From: Chloroflexota bacterium | Lineage (GTDB): Bacteria; Chloroflexota; Dehalococcoidia; Lucifugimonadales; GCA-2722455 | DNA: 64,000 nucleotides | Direction of reading: 5' to 3' | Assembly: GCA_002722455.1 (NCBI GenBank) | Contig: PBMB01000019.1 | Coordinates: 16,306-80,305 of the forward strand | Shown: in pieces, positions 9,505 through 21,073 of the stretch | Layout of the letters: every line of letters starts with the position of its first letter | Numbering within the stretch: the first letter of the stretch is position 1 | Translations under genes and position numbers: made by a program | Notes under the pieces: generated by a model | Databases searched by the model: none | Seen by the model: only the letters and a program-made list of their open reading frames with translations | Told to the model about the DNA's origin: nothing

Positions 9505-9672
9505 ATGCAATTTGTTAAAGCGACAAACAAAATCACTTACCCTAATCAGGCTATTTTTTCAGTTCTCTCTGACAATAAATCATTGATTGACTATATATTT
9601 AAAGATTACAGTCAAAAAGAAGATTTAAAAGACGCTATCGGTAGCCTTGCCAAAAGTATTTCTCGAATTTAA
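9505..9672 (+). CDS. 55-aa hypothetical protein
   Basis: MQFVKATNKITYPNQAIFSV...; weak RBS; followed by terminator. Confidence 0.4.
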   Translation: MQFVKATNKITYPNQAIFSVLSDNKSLIDYIFKDYSQKEDLKDAIGSLAKSISRI

Positions 9673-9785
9673 AAATAAGCAACCAATAAAAAACCGCCAC
9701 TTAGCGGCTTTTTTGTTTTTGTATTAAACTCAAAATTTATGCACAAAAAAAAGCCCTAACAATAGGGCTTTTCTTTTCAATACTT

Positions 9786-10151
9786 TTAAGCGAAATCGAA
9801 CATTACCATTTCTGTATAAACTTGAGCTTGTTCTTTCAATTCCTTAATTCTACATTCTACGTCATAATCTGTTAGATTTTCTGCAAATTGATTTTCTGGA
9901 TAACCCATCTTTTGCCACTCTTCAGAAGTACAAACTTTTGCAGATTCTAAGAATCGAGTTAGATTACCTTTTTCATCCAAATATAAAGGTTCTCCATCCG
10001 CCATATGTGGAATACGGTCATCACAAATCACAACAAGAGAACATTTATTTCTACCCGAAATAAAATCGTCTCTTTCTCGAATATCACCTAAAAGAACTTC
10101 CAGTTTTTGAATCTTTGATAGCAAAAATAGGTAAGCAGTTTTATGATTCAT
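9786..10151 (-). CDS. Hypothetical protein
   Basis: Minus-strand promoter TTGAGA..TGCTATAAT near 10186-10214; convergent terminators. Confidence 0.6.
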   Translation of the reverse strand: MNHKTAYLFLLSKIQKLEVLLGDIRERDDFISGRNKCSLVVICDDRIPHMADGEPLYLDEKGNLTRFLESAKVCTSEEWQKMGYPENQFAENLTDYDVECRIKELKEQAQVYTEMVMFDFA

Positions 10152-10321
10152 TTTTTCATCTCTATGTTGTTTTAAACTATCGTTATTATAGCAATAAAAA
10201 TTTATTTTCTCAATCATTTTTAAAAACAAATTATACTTACTCTTGTATTTTATTATTTCTATGCTATTTTAATTTTCATTGTTAATAATTTTATCTAATT
10301 TAAAAATAAAGGAGACCAACA

Positions 10322-10855
10322 ATGACAGAAAAAAAAGAAGACAAGAAAGAAGAACTTAAGGCAAAAGCAGAAGAACTTAAAGCAAAAACAACAGAGCAAG
10401 CCAAAGAAAAAGCCGAACTAGCGAAAGAACAACTTTCAAAAGTTGATTTTAAGGATAAAAAAGTTTTAGGTGGACTTGTGGGTGGTGGAGTTGCAGTCAT
10501 TCTTTTAGGTAGCTTGCTATTTGGTGGCACACCTATTATTGAAAAATATCAAAACACCTCTTTAAAAGCTGACGTATCTTACGATAGAACACAAGATGAA
10601 GATTACTCAATTAGTAAAGGTGCTGCAATGAACTACAAAGGCAAATATGATGTCCAATTTACAAAATCAGGCATTGTTGTTGGAGGTACAAATAAGGTAG
10701 ATGGCACTTGGGAAGATAACGGCAGTACATTTAAACTTTTGAATCCGAAAGAACCTTCTCGATATTTTGAATTTTATGAAGAAAAAGATGGCGTCTTGTG
10801 TATGACTAAAAGTGGTGATAACAAATACATGTGTTTTAAAAATTTAAACACATAA
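10322..10855 (+). CDS. Membrane-anchored protein (charged N-terminus, single TM)
   Basis: AAGGAG RBS; TM VLGGLVGGGVAVILLGSLLFGG. Confidence 0.7.
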   Translation: MTEKKEDKKEELKAKAEELKAKTTEQAKEKAELAKEQLSKVDFKDKKVLGGLVGGGVAVILLGSLLFGGTPIIEKYQNTSLKADVSYDRTQDEDYSISKGAAMNYKGKYDVQFTKSGIVVGGTNKVDGTWEDNGSTFKLLNPKEPSRYFEFYEEKDGVLCMTKSGDNKYMCFKNLNT

Positions 10856-11067
10856 TTAAAAGATAAAAAAAATAAAAAAACCGCTTCCTGCGGTTTTTAT
10901 TTTTGTCATATTACTCTAATTTACTGAATTTAAAATATAAATTATATTGATATTTTATATATTCTTTGTTATTTTTTCAAAAATAAAAAAAAATATATAA
11001 AAAGATGAAAAGTTTTTTAACATAAACGTTCCCTTATACCAATACTAAAAATTAATGAGGGTAGGTC

Positions 11068-12981
11068 ATGGACATTTTTAATAAAATAACTGTAAAAACA
11101 AAATTAGTGATTATTTGTATATTAGTCGCTTCTTTATCTCTAATTTATGCAATATTTGAAAACCACAGCATAAATAAAATAATTGAACTTGAAGATATTA
11201 AATCATTAAATTGGAAAGTTGAGGCTGAAATATTAACATTAAGAAGACACGAAAAAGATTTTCTTAATAGACACGAATTTAAATATGTTGATAAATTCGA
11301 AAAAACAATGGATCATTTAATTCACGATCTTGAAGAACTAGACCAATACTATTCAGACGTATTTAATGACAATCATTCTTCTGGTTATTTAGAAATCCGT
11401 GATAAATTAAAACACTATGACGAAATCTTTCATAAAATTGGTCAAGAGTATAAAACACTATATCAAGACGGTGGATTATTACTTGATATAAAAACATTGA
11501 GACATGAAGTAGAAGCAGAGCTTATAAAAAATATAAAGTTACTGAGAAAATCTGTTGAAACTGAATTATTAAAAGGTCAAGATATTCAGCAAGAACATTA
11601 TTTCTTAGTTATGATTGAAAGTGATTATGAGTTTTTAATCGATCATACTCAAAAGAACTTAAACGCTTTCATAAAAGCAAAGTCTGACTTTACTGAATCT
11701 ATTAAAAATTCAAAAAATCCTGCTCTATTAACTAAAACTGAAGAATATATAAATGCTTATTCTATTTATATTGATATTATATCAAGAATTGGTTTTAAAT
11801 ATGATGAAGGTATGTTATTAGAACTAAGAGAAGATGTCCATGCAGCAGAAAAATTTATTATCAATAAAATTCGAGAAATAGATATTATTATTAGAAATGA
11901 AATTTCTATTGTTAAATCAGAATTACATTATTTTTCTATCTTTATTACTGGTCTTTCATTAACTTCCATTATTTTTGTCGCTTATCTAATTAGCGGCAGA
12001 ACAAGATTACTAATGAATAAAATGGATAATGTTGCAAATGGTGATAGAGATTTAACAACTAGATTAACATTGAAAGGCAACGATGAATTTACAACTATTG
12101 CTAATCACTTCAACACTTTTGTTAAAGGTTTGCAAGAATCATTTAAAGAAATAAAAGACATATCTTTAACTATAGATACAAGCACTAATAACTCTTTAAA
12201 CAATATTGAAAAAACAGAAGAAAATTATCAATCAACCTTATCTGAAATAACACATATGGGTAGTGCAATCCATGAAATGGTTACTGCCAACAAAGAAATA
12301 AGCAATGCCTTAATGCAAGCAGATTTTTCTGCTGAAAATCTTAAAGGTGTTAATGACGAAGCACATAAAATATTTGTTGAATCTAACGAAAAAGTTGCAA
12401 ATCTTTATTTACAACTAATTGAAGGTCAAAAACATATTGATGAACTTCATCATAAATCAGAAAACATACAATCTGTAACTCAATCTATTCAAAATATAGC
12501 CTCTCAAATCAACTTACTTTCCTTAAATGCAGCCATTGAAGCCGCAAGAGCAGGAGAGCACGGAAAAGGATTTGCTGTTGTTGCTGACGAAGTTAGACAG
12601 CTTTCAATACAAACAGATCAAGCTACAAACAATATTGATTCGACAATTCAATCATTAAAAAAAGAAATTCATGAAGTTATTGACCTTATGAAAAGTGCTT
12701 CAAATGTCGCAGAGAGTACAAGTGAACATAGTGAAGAAGCTACGCAAAAATTTGGCACTGTTTATGATCACACTATGGATGTTAAAGACCGAATGACACA
12801 AATCTCAACCGCAAGTGAACAACAAAGCTATGCTAACAAGGAAATTGACGTTAATTTACAAAGTATTACAGGATTTTCAAACAATATTGCGAATGATATT
12901 TCGAGTTGTCGTGAAGAAGCTAAAAACATAAATGATAAAGCGAGTAAACTTACACATATAGTGGATCAATTTAAAATCTAA
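11068..12981 (+). CDS. Methyl-accepting chemotaxis protein
   Basis: Two TMs around a periplasmic domain, HAMP ([12 protein letters not shown]), signalling tip [34 protein letters not shown]. Confidence 0.95.
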   Translation: MDIFNKITVKTKLVIICILVASLSLIYAIFENHSINKIIELEDIKSLNWKVEAEILTLRRHEKDFLNRHEFKYVDKFEKTMDHLIHDLEELDQYYSDVFNDNHSSGYLEIRDKLKHYDEIFHKIGQEYKTLYQDGGLLLDIKTLRHEVEAELIKNIKLLRKSVETELLKGQDIQQEHYFLVMIESDYEFLIDHTQKNLNAFIKAKSDFTESIKNSKNPALLTKTEEYINAYSIYIDIISRIGFKYDEGMLLELREDVHAAEKFIINKIREIDIIIRNEISIVKSELHYFSIFITGLSLTSIIFVAYLISGRTRLLMNKMDNVANGDRDLTTRLTLKGNDEFTTIANHFNTFVKGLQESFKEIKDISLTIDTSTNNSLNNIEKTEENYQSTLSEITHMGSAIHEMVTANKEISNALMQADFSAENLKGVNDEAHKIFVESNEKVANLYLQLIEGQKHIDELHHKSENIQSVTQSIQNIASQINLLSLNAAIEAARAGEHGKGFAVVADEVRQLSIQTDQATNNIDSTIQSLKKEIHEVIDLMKSASNVAESTSEHSEEATQKFGTVYDHTMDVKDRMTQISTASEQQSYANKEIDVNLQSITGFSNNIANDISSCREEAKNINDKASKLTHIVDQFKI

Positions 12982-13076
12982 AACATAAAAAGCGGCTTTT
13001 AGTCGCTTTTTGTTCTTGTTTTTTGTTTTTGTTTTTGTTATGGTATTTGTCATCCATAACAAAGAGAAATTTACAA

Positions 13077-13988
13077 ATGTCCATTAAAATCAAGAAATCA
13101 AAACATTCAGTATCTTTTGAAACAGAACTTCAAACCATTCCTTTAAACAAAGATTACTCTGTTTTTAAATCTGTTCGTAAAGAGATTAAAAATGGTAAAA
13201 CCGTTAATACCGAAACAACACAAGGGGTGTCTTTAAAATCTGAGATTAATAAATTAGTCGAAGAAGGTCGAGTTGTAAGCCCTGATTCTAGTTTTGTTTT
13301 TTACACCGAAGATGTTCGACACTTGCTTACTCATTATGGCTTTCCTCGTTTTTACAACGTAACTCAAATGTGTAACAGCAAAGGTGAAGTGCTTGAGCTT
13401 CAAGAAGCTTGGTTAAAGTCATATTCAGAAGCTGCCATTGATTTCGATTCTGTTGCCAACGATCTTTCTTTGCTTGATAACATTTTACGCCTTGACAGTT
13501 TTCAACACGTTCCAAAATTTGCTTCTACTAACAAAGTAGCAAACTTTGCTATTAGCACTGAAAATCTTTTAATCAAATCAGAATATATTGGTTCTGAGTT
13601 TGTCCCTACTTTGGCAGAACTTATCAAACAAGAACGTTTGTCATTTGAGTTAATCGACGAAATTGATTATGAACTTGCGACTAACATTCAAGAATATCAA
13701 GTTCGTAAAACAGTTTCTGAAAACTTGGTTAGTTATGTCTCAGGGATTGGTCAATGTATTCACCATACAACTGTTGTTAGTTTTACTGACGAAGAGTTTG
13801 AAAAACTTATGACACTAAATAACGAACTTCAAAAAGAAAGTAAACACAGATTACACTCAGATATATCCCTTGTCGGTGTTGCTCTATTTAAACTTGATCT
13901 TTTCAATATTTCAAGTGACTATTATGGTTATGAAGACGGCAACGTTTATAAAACTCGTGACGATTTTGAATACGAAGACGATTGTTAA
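13077..13988 (+). CDS. Hypothetical protein
   Basis: Long ORF; start behind GAGA RBS. Confidence 0.7.
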   Translation: MSIKIKKSKHSVSFETELQTIPLNKDYSVFKSVRKEIKNGKTVNTETTQGVSLKSEINKLVEEGRVVSPDSSFVFYTEDVRHLLTHYGFPRFYNVTQMCNSKGEVLELQEAWLKSYSEAAIDFDSVANDLSLLDNILRLDSFQHVPKFASTNKVANFAISTENLLIKSEYIGSEFVPTLAELIKQERLSFELIDEIDYELATNIQEYQVRKTVSENLVSYVSGIGQCIHHTTVVSFTDEEFEKLMTLNNELQKESKHRLHSDISLVGVALFKLDLFNISSDYYGYEDGNVYKTRDDFEYEDDC

Positions 13989-14068
13989 AAAAAACAAATT
14001 AACTCTTGATTTTTAAGGGCTAGTTATATAAAATCTCACTATCTTAAACAAACACAAAGAGAAAAATT

Positions 14069-14542
14069 ATGACTATTGTTGCAAAAAAAATGACTTTAGC
14101 TAAACACAAAAAACTATCAAAAATTCTAGGTTCTGACGGTGAAAGAATCACTAACCCTGAATTTTCAATTTCTACTGACCGAAGTGAAGCTAATCTTCCT
14201 GCATACATTATGAAGAAAGCACAAGAGCTTCAAGAAATTGCTGATATTCTTGAATGTGACGTTTCTGAACTTCAAATGCAATACAATTTTGACACCTCTG
14301 ATCATGAAGACGCAAATCACGAAATTGACATGAACAACGAAACAGTGGTTGTTGGTGGTTTGTGTGAATACAAAGATTCTGTTTGGACTATTGAAAAAAT
14401 TGATGGAGAAACAGATATTGTTAGCCTTTCTCAAGGTGAAAAGACTGCTCAAATCGGTTTGAGTGCTGTTAAAATGGCAAGTTGGAATACGGTCTTTGTC
14501 TCTCGTGGCGAAACAACCTATGAAGAAGTTTATTCATATTAA
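14069..14542 (+). CDS. Hypothetical protein (possible SH3/Tudor-like insert)
   Basis: ORF; VVVGGLCEYKDSVWTIEKIDGETDIVSL beta pattern. Confidence 0.6.
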   Translation: MTIVAKKMTLAKHKKLSKILGSDGERITNPEFSISTDRSEANLPAYIMKKAQELQEIADILECDVSELQMQYNFDTSDHEDANHEIDMNNETVVVGGLCEYKDSVWTIEKIDGETDIVSLSQGEKTAQIGLSAVKMASWNTVFVSRGETTYEEVYSY

Positions 14543-14684
14543 AATGCATTAAATTGAAAATTAAACATTAAGACTGCATTTATGCAGTCTTTTTTCTTTT
14601 AAACATAAATAACCTTTTTAAAACTTGATTTGATATATCAATTTTGATATTATTGTTCCAGTTTAGTTTAATGAGAAATAACAA

Positions 14685-15479
14685 ATGGTCAGTAAAGAAA
14701 AACTAATTAAATCTTTAAAAAACAAAGAAGCAATTAAAATTGTTAAAAAAGTTCTTAATTATAACTTTAAAGATGAAAAAAAAACCGATTCTTTAATTGA
14801 TGTTATAAAAAACTATCTTATCGAAAACAAATCTTCTCTAAGTGAAGTCCATGATTATGTTAAAAAAAATTCACTCCAGATAACAGAAGACAATGAAAAA
14901 GAAAGAGTATTTAGAAAAGTATCAGATCTTACAAATATTCTAAAATCAAAATCGAACACAAACCTTAACATTAAATCAATTTTAGATATCGGCACTGGAA
15001 ATGGAAATATTTTAGTCAATTTAGGTAAAAATCTAGGAATTGAAAAAGAATATTTATATGGTGTAGATACAGTCGATTACACAATAAACAATGCTTTTAA
15101 TCATTTGTCTTACGACAATAATTCTATTCCAGTAAAAGACAATTCCATTGACTTAATTACAATCATGATGGTGCTTCACCATACAGATAACCCTCTTGAT
15201 ATACTGAATGAATCATATAGAGCATTGAGCGAAAATGGAACTGTCATTATTCGAGAAACTAATGCTTATAATAATGATATCTTAGAATTTAATATTATTA
15301 TGGAGTATATATTTTACACTATTTTACTCGATATCCCAGTTAGCATCACAGAAAACTATTTATCAGACAATGAATGGGAACAATTGTTTGAATCAGTTGG
15401 CTTTAAATTTGAAAAAGTTGTAGAAAACAAACTAAAAGATGACCCTTTTACTTCAATGTATTATATTCTCAAAAAATAA
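14685..15479 (+). CDS. Class I SAM-dependent methyltransferase
   Basis: ILDIGTGNG motif I, YGVD, IPVKDNSIDLITIMMVLHH, ESYRALSENGTVIIRE. Confidence 0.9.
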   Translation: MVSKEKLIKSLKNKEAIKIVKKVLNYNFKDEKKTDSLIDVIKNYLIENKSSLSEVHDYVKKNSLQITEDNEKERVFRKVSDLTNILKSKSNTNLNIKSILDIGTGNGNILVNLGKNLGIEKEYLYGVDTVDYTINNAFNHLSYDNNSIPVKDNSIDLITIMMVLHHTDNPLDILNESYRALSENGTVIIRETNAYNNDILEFNIIMEYIFYTILLDIPVSITENYLSDNEWEQLFESVGFKFEKVVENKLKDDPFTSMYYILKK

Positions 15480-15579
15480 AAAAAACTGATCGTTTATAAA
15501 GCGAAAATCAAAGCTTTTTTCTTGTTTTTTCAACAATGTTTTACTATAATTACCTTATTGAAACGAATTGAGATAAATT

Positions 15580-16152
15580 ATGAAAACTATCACATTGGAA
15601 CAACTTCTAAATCTTCAATATATGGCATTTACAGGTAAACTATTCAATGAATATAATATTTACCTATTTAAACGCTATAATGAATTTTTTAAAGAAATCG
15701 GTTCTAATTTAACTGTTGAAACGCTCATCAACAGCGAAATTAATGACTATTCTAATAAAATTAAAATCGTTTTGGAAATGGTTGAATGTTTGGTTAAGAC
15801 TAACTCAAATCAAGATAGTGTGAAAAACTCACTTTCTACTTTTGATATCGAAGACCTTATTGTTGTTCTTAATGAGAATAATTTTCAAAAAGAGACTTTT
15901 TATATCAACGAAGATACTTATAAGATTCTTCGTGATTCTTTTATCTTTGCTTACGATACCAATAGAGAACAACATAAATTCGTTATTAAAAAACGTAACG
16001 TTGCTATGCTAATTCCTGATGAACACATTCATCAACTTGATAAAATTCATAAAGAAATAATCAATAAACGTTGGGCTATGAATTGCATTAATTCTTTCTT
16101 AATGCTTCGAGAATACTTTGACGTTGAAGACGAAGAGTTAGGACTTGTTTAA
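15580..16152 (+). CDS. Hypothetical protein
   Basis: ORF with promoter and terminator. Confidence 0.65.
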   Translation: MKTITLEQLLNLQYMAFTGKLFNEYNIYLFKRYNEFFKEIGSNLTVETLINSEINDYSNKIKIVLEMVECLVKTNSNQDSVKNSLSTFDIEDLIVVLNENNFQKETFYINEDTYKILRDSFIFAYDTNREQHKFVIKKRNVAMLIPDEHIHQLDKIHKEIINKRWAMNCINSFLMLREYFDVEDEELGLV

Positions 16153-16263
16153 AAATAATATCAATTAAAACATATTAAAGCAGCTATCATGGCTGCTTTT
16201 TTATTTGTCTTTTTTTTTAAAAAAGTTATTATTTTATTAAATGAGAATTAAAAGGAATTAATT

Positions 16264-17301
16264 ATGAAAAAATTTATTGTTGGTTTAAGTGTTTTCATTA
16301 CGTTAAATACTTACGCAACTGACTTTAATGTAATCATTTCGAAAGAAAATAATAGCTATGACGTTGCAAAAGGATATATCATTGTAACTGAAACGACAAA
16401 CTGGACAACGCTTTCTAACGCTTGTTCTGAAACTACACCTCTTGAAAATATCTACTTTGGCGTTTCTGTTAATGAAGAAGTTGTGTGCCAAGATTACCAA
16501 GAAAGAGATAAAATAACTAAAAAAGTCTATAACAGTGGAACAGAAGAAATATTAAATACAGAAACAGAATCTCAATATATTGAAACGTCAAGAAATACAG
16601 TTACATTAGTTGGAACACACCAAGAAGATACTTGCTTAAATATACAGACATTCGACAATACATTACCTGACGGTCAATATTCTGTCTTTATTGATAACTC
16701 TGAAATACACGTATTATGCGATATGACAACTGACGGTGGAGGTTGGACTAAAGTTGCCAGAATCAATCCAAAAGCGACTCTTGTTGTTGAAAGTGATTCT
16801 TGGCAAAGCATTCATAACTTAACTTCTTACAGTGGTTCACATGCATTAAAATACTTAGCTAAATTTAATCCACAAAACATATTATTTAAAAACACTTCTG
16901 TTGAACCCTATTATGGTGGTGATGACTTGATTATTGTTTCAAGAACAACAGGAGCTTGGAATTGGATTCCATATAATTACAACAACAACAGTCAACAAAC
17001 CGCTCGTTTTTATGACGCTTCTGCAGATTCTTGGAATAATTTAGGAAATGCTACTTACGCTTCTCATGAAGGAAATCCTTGGCAACAAGCTTCACTTTCA
17101 TTTACCATTAATGGTATACAGAATGGTTATCGATCTGAGCAGGATAACCGATTGATTTTAGGACCTACTTTTTCTAGTATTTCAAGCAGTAGCGCACGTT
17201 GGTTTAACTTTTATGGAAATGAGGCTTCAAGTGTTAATAATGCTTGGTCAATGGGAACAAACAGTGATCAGAATGCCACTGGCGAAGTTTGGATGAAATA
17301 A
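16264..17301 (+). CDS. Secreted fibrinogen-related domain protein
   Basis: Signal peptide MKKFIVGLSVFITLNTYA; TC..I....LPDGQYSV...VLCDMTTDGGGWTKVA. Confidence 0.8.
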   Translation: MKKFIVGLSVFITLNTYATDFNVIISKENNSYDVAKGYIIVTETTNWTTLSNACSETTPLENIYFGVSVNEEVVCQDYQERDKITKKVYNSGTEEILNTETESQYIETSRNTVTLVGTHQEDTCLNIQTFDNTLPDGQYSVFIDNSEIHVLCDMTTDGGGWTKVARINPKATLVVESDSWQSIHNLTSYSGSHALKYLAKFNPQNILFKNTSVEPYYGGDDLIIVSRTTGAWNWIPYNYNNNSQQTARFYDASADSWNNLGNATYASHEGNPWQQASLSFTINGIQNGYRSEQDNRLILGPTFSSISSSSARWFNFYGNEASSVNNAWSMGTNSDQNATGEVWMK

Positions 17302-17319
17302 CACACTTTTAAAACAAAT

Positions 17320-17353
17320 AAACCTTGTTCAATGAGCAAGGTTTTGTTATAAT
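17320..17353 (+). promoter_or_regulatory. Fused terminator/sigma70 promoter
   Basis: AAACCTTGTTC-AAT-GAGCAAGGTTT; -35 17325, 17 bp, TATAAT 17348. Confidence 0.8.
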
Positions 17354-17382
17354 TAGAATATTATTTATTCAGAGGTATTCTT

Positions 17383-17751
17383 ATGTTTATACACAAAAAA
17401 CACCTTCTTTTATTAAAAAAGAACAACTGGAACTGTATAGTTGATAAAGAAAAAGATATCGTTCTCTCTATTAAAAATACTGAAACAGGACATGACCTTA
17501 CTGGCACATATGCTCATACTTTTGCAGTTCAAAAAATTGAAAAGTATCTTGAAGAAGAAATTAAAGACAAGAAAGAAAGTTTAACTCTGAAAGAAAAACA
17601 AGATCTTTTGGGTGAATATGGATATTTTATTACTTGCACCAATCCGCTTGTTATTCATACTGAATCTGCTCACGCTGCTTCTGGTGAATGTGCCGAGCAT
17701 TTAATGGATATGGTTCTTACAAGCAAACTTCGTAATGATTTTATACTTTAA
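17383..17751 (+). CDS. Hypothetical protein (two similar halves)
   Basis: ORF with GAGG RBS. Confidence 0.6.
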   Translation: MFIHKKHLLLLKKNNWNCIVDKEKDIVLSIKNTETGHDLTGTYAHTFAVQKIEKYLEEEIKDKKESLTLKEKQDLLGEYGYFITCTNPLVIHTESAHAASGECAEHLMDMVLTSKLRNDFIL

Positions 17752-17763
17752 TAGGTTTTTATT

Positions 17764-17979
17764 ATGCAAGAATGGCAAATTTATCTAGCTCTTTATTTTT
17801 TAGTCGTTTTTCTGTGGTTTTGTGATGTTTTGTTTATCCCGCTATACAGAATACGACAAAGAAGTGTTTTATTTAGAAAAACTTGGGATAAATCACTAAT
17901 TCCAAACATTTCAATTTCTCAATCTCAAATCATACAAGATAGAGCCTTTAAGATCTTAAATAAGTCTGTTGTGTATTGA
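17764..17979 (+). CDS. Small membrane protein
   Basis: Hydrophobic N-terminus. Confidence 0.55.
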   Translation: MQEWQIYLALYFLVVFLWFCDVLFIPLYRIRQRSVLFRKTWDKSLIPNISISQSQIIQDRAFKILNKSVVY

Positions 17980-18095
17980 TTTTTTTTACCGTCAGTCTTG
18001 GCGGTTTTGTTTTTTTAATCAAGAAATTCATTGTTTTGTTTATTCAAATTTGCTATAATTACTTTGTTGAAACGCACACACACTAAGGCTTTAAA

Positions 18096-18662
18096 ATGAA
18101 AAAAGTAGAATTCCAAGATGTCCTACAACGCACTATTCGATTTGAATCTTTTATTGATGAAGAAGAACTTGAAGGTCGATACACTCTTGCTTGTCAATCT
18201 ATTAGTTCTAAATTTTTCGACGAAGCACATTTACACAGTGGGCTTTTCATTATTAGAGCAGAAAATAAAGATGTTTTAGAAGAAAAAACATTTGAACTTA
18301 TTTCAGAAATTACTCGCTTGCAAAAAAACCGTATCTATTCTGATTACAACGGTGAAATTGAAGAAACAGGCATTAATATGTCTCCAAGTGAGTTTAAACG
18401 TTCAGAGGTTGGCAATTCTTATGTTTTGTGGACAGACGAAAATGATGAAGACGAAAACGAGCTAGAATACGCAATCTTTTTTGAAGATCACTCAAAGTTT
18501 GTTGAAAGCATTAAAAACGACGAAGAAGAAATGCAAAACTTTTTAGACGATTTCCCTTTGAACCCTAAATCTTCTGATTTCGATATCGAAGGTGACGTTT
18601 ATGGTGACATTCATGTTTTCACTAAACAAGACGCTTCTATGTTTTTTAAATTTGAAGAATAG
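18096..18662 (+). CDS. Hypothetical acidic protein
   Basis: ORF with promoter. Confidence 0.65.
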   Translation: MKKVEFQDVLQRTIRFESFIDEEELEGRYTLACQSISSKFFDEAHLHSGLFIIRAENKDVLEEKTFELISEITRLQKNRIYSDYNGEIEETGINMSPSEFKRSEVGNSYVLWTDENDEDENELEYAIFFEDHSKFVESIKNDEEEMQNFLDDFPLNPKSSDFDIEGDVYGDIHVFTKQDASMFFKFEE

Positions 18663-18730
18663 GTAGGTTTTTATTGTTGGATTTATTTTGGTTTTTCTTC
18701 AAAGACAAAGAACTTAGCCAACAACACAAT

Positions 18731-18765
18731 AAAGCTTTGCAACTGCAAAGCTTTTTTTGTATAAT
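18731..18765 (+). promoter_or_regulatory. Fused terminator/sigma70 promoter
   Basis: AAAGCTTTGCA-AC-TGCAAAGCTTT; -35 TTGCAA 18737, 17 bp, TATAAT 18760. Confidence 0.8.
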
Positions 18766-18796
18766 AAATTTAACTTAAAACAATAGAGAACATATC

Positions 18797-19204
18797 ATGC
18801 TCAATACACAAAATGTGAATCTTGTTATCGAAAAACGTAAACGAAACTTAAATGATATTAAGTCTTACATTGAAGATTATCATCAAGATTTAGATCGAGA
18901 AGTTTCAAAATTCAATATTCAAGCAGTCGATAAAATGTTTACTGTCAATGAAGGTGTCTTTGATCTTCAAGTCATCGATATTCTTTCAAGAGCTAAAAGT
19001 GATTACACTATTAAAAAGTACATTTCATTGTTTGATGGTCAAATGAAAGATCTTACAAGTCTTCTTGGTCGAATTGAAGATAGCTTTATTAAAGAAGGTA
19101 AAGACGTAGATTCTTATTTTGCAGCAAAAGTAAAATCACTTAAAAATGAAATTGGGACTATTAAAAAAGCAATTTCAGATCTAAACTTTGCTATTGAAGT
19201 TTAA
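18797..19204 (+). CDS. Hypothetical coiled-coil protein
   Basis: ORF. Confidence 0.65.
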   Translation: MLNTQNVNLVIEKRKRNLNDIKSYIEDYHQDLDREVSKFNIQAVDKMFTVNEGVFDLQVIDILSRAKSDYTIKKYISLFDGQMKDLTSLLGRIEDSFIKEGKDVDSYFAAKVKSLKNEIGTIKKAISDLNFAIEV

Positions 19205-19401
19205 TTATGTCTCCTGAATATCCTATTCCTAATGTCGTTTTATTTGCTCGGCTTGGGCGAAGGCTTGTTGCTAAGTAAGAACATTCAACCCATCGTTTTT
19301 ATTTCTTATAACAAAAGACCTCTCGATGAGGTCTTTTTTCTTTTTTTAATATAAAAAAAGCAAGGTATCAAACCTTGCTTAATCTTTTCTGTATTACTTT
19401 G

Positions 19402-19812
19402 TTATTCATCAATATCAGCATAGTTGTAGAAGCCACGAGTTAAAGAGAAAAACGGAATTTTCTTCTTATTCGTTTTCTTCTTTCTGTCTTCTCCAAGAGT
19501 GTTTTTCTCAAAACCCCAACTTAGAATGTAGTTACAATGACCTTTATAGTAATAATAAACGCCTTCCACTTTACCTGTATCAGTATCATAAAATGTTACC
19601 GTTTTATCATACTTCATGCCACGTTCTTTTTTGTCGAGCACAAATTCAGTAACAAAACCTAAATCACCGCTAAATGATTTACAAAGTTCATCAGCAGGAC
19701 GACCTACTTGTGGAAAAGAATTTAACTCATCCACAATTTCTTCAGGCGTTTTTGTAACCAAATAATCATCCAACATTTTTAGTCGTTCTTCTAAAGGCAA
19801 TATTTTTTTCAT
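19402..19812 (-). CDS. Hypothetical protein
   Basis: Minus-strand promoter TTGTTT..TGCTATAAT near 19843-19871. Confidence 0.6.
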   Translation of the reverse strand: MKKILPLEERLKMLDDYLVTKTPEEIVDELNSFPQVGRPADELCKSFSGDLGFVTEFVLDKKERGMKYDKTVTFYDTDTGKVEGVYYYYKGHCNYILSWGFEKNTLGEDRKKKTNKKKIPFFSLTRGFYNYADIDE

Positions 19813-20012
19813 TTTTCAATACTCTTTTTTTTAAGATAGCTTATTATAGCATTAACAACACTTAAAAACAAACTTTTCTTGTTTGCTTTTTTTGTTTTTT
19901 TCATACCGATAGTGTTAAAATCTTTAGCTTATTAAACTAAAAAAAACATTGCTTTAATTTTTGGCATTTGTTATAATTTAGTCTCTTTCGAAAACACACA
20001 TAAGGTTTTAAA

Positions 20013-20498
20013 ATGCTTAATTATCTAACACTCAAACTTATTGATGAACGTATTCAATCTTCTGTTATTCAAGCAATCCTTGAATCAATGGATGAAACTC
20101 ACAAAGCTATTCTTGAAAACTTCCAATCTACTTACAACAGTATTGTCAATACTTCTGGTGGTGAAGGTTTCTTTACTTCTTGTGCTAGTGATGTTCAAAA
20201 TGGTTATTCACTAGAAATTCAACTTCAAGTTTTTGATCGCTATCGTCGCATTCTAAAACTAAAACCGCAAACTGCGTTTGTTGAAGCTGTAGACAATTCT
20301 GAAATTGTCGAAGATCTTGGTAAAGTCCTTGATTCCATGAAAGACGACATGCTTCCACCAACAAAAGGAACGCTTTATGGTGATAATTTAGCTCGATACC
20401 AATCTGAAATGCAAGCGATTCAGAAGATTAATAAAAACATGACACTAGGTTTAGTTTCTGCACTTCGAATTCTGGAAAGTTACAAAGAAACGGCTTAA
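20013..20498 (+). CDS. Hypothetical protein
   Basis: ORF with promoter and terminator. Confidence 0.65.
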   Translation: MLNYLTLKLIDERIQSSVIQAILESMDETHKAILENFQSTYNSIVNTSGGEGFFTSCASDVQNGYSLEIQLQVFDRYRRILKLKPQTAFVEAVDNSEIVEDLGKVLDSMKDDMLPPTKGTLYGDNLARYQSEMQAIQKINKNMTLGLVSALRILESYKETA

Positions 20499-20560
20499 AT
20501 CAACATTAAAATAATGTAGGCTTGTCTTTGGCAAGCCTTTTTTCTTAAAGGTTTAAAATT

Positions 20561-20890
20561 ATGAAAAAAATCCCTTTACTGGTTGTTCAAATCAGTAATG
20601 ACGACAAACACGCTGTTTCTGACGCCAATGCAAAACATTGGGCTGATAATCTTATTTCAGAACTTATTGAAAAAAAAGAAGAAAGAAGCGTTGTTAAGCT
20701 TTCTACTGGCACTATGTTTGCTTACCTACGTATTGCTTTAAAAAAAGGTATAATTGAAAAATTATTAGTCTCATTTGACGGTTTTGAATTTGATTGCATT
20801 GATAATAATGGCAAAGTCCGAGCATACATTCTACCCGATCATTATCAAATCTTTCCAGAATATAGAGAAACTTTAATGGAATTATTATAA
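20561..20890 (+). CDS. Hypothetical protein
   Basis: ORF with RBS. Confidence 0.6.
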   Translation: MKKIPLLVVQISNDDKHAVSDANAKHWADNLISELIEKKEERSVVKLSTGTMFAYLRIALKKGIIEKLLVSFDGFEFDCIDNNGKVRAYILPDHYQIFPEYRETLMELL

Positions 20891-21073
20891 TTTTTGTTAA
20901 ATACATTCATTAAAATTATATGATGCACCGTTTTTATATGAAATTACATTAAGTTTTTGTTTTATTGAAATATTACTCGTAAAATAATTCTATAATAAGC
21001 GAATTATTTTTTTACTTTCGTTTTTAATTCTTGTATTATTAACTCAATTAATCAACCAAATTAAGGAAACACA

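Noticed and set aside
11015-11046. Sigma28 promoter for the MCP
   Set aside because: ACCAATAC matches GCCGATAA at only 5/8, with doubtful spacing in AT-rich DNA
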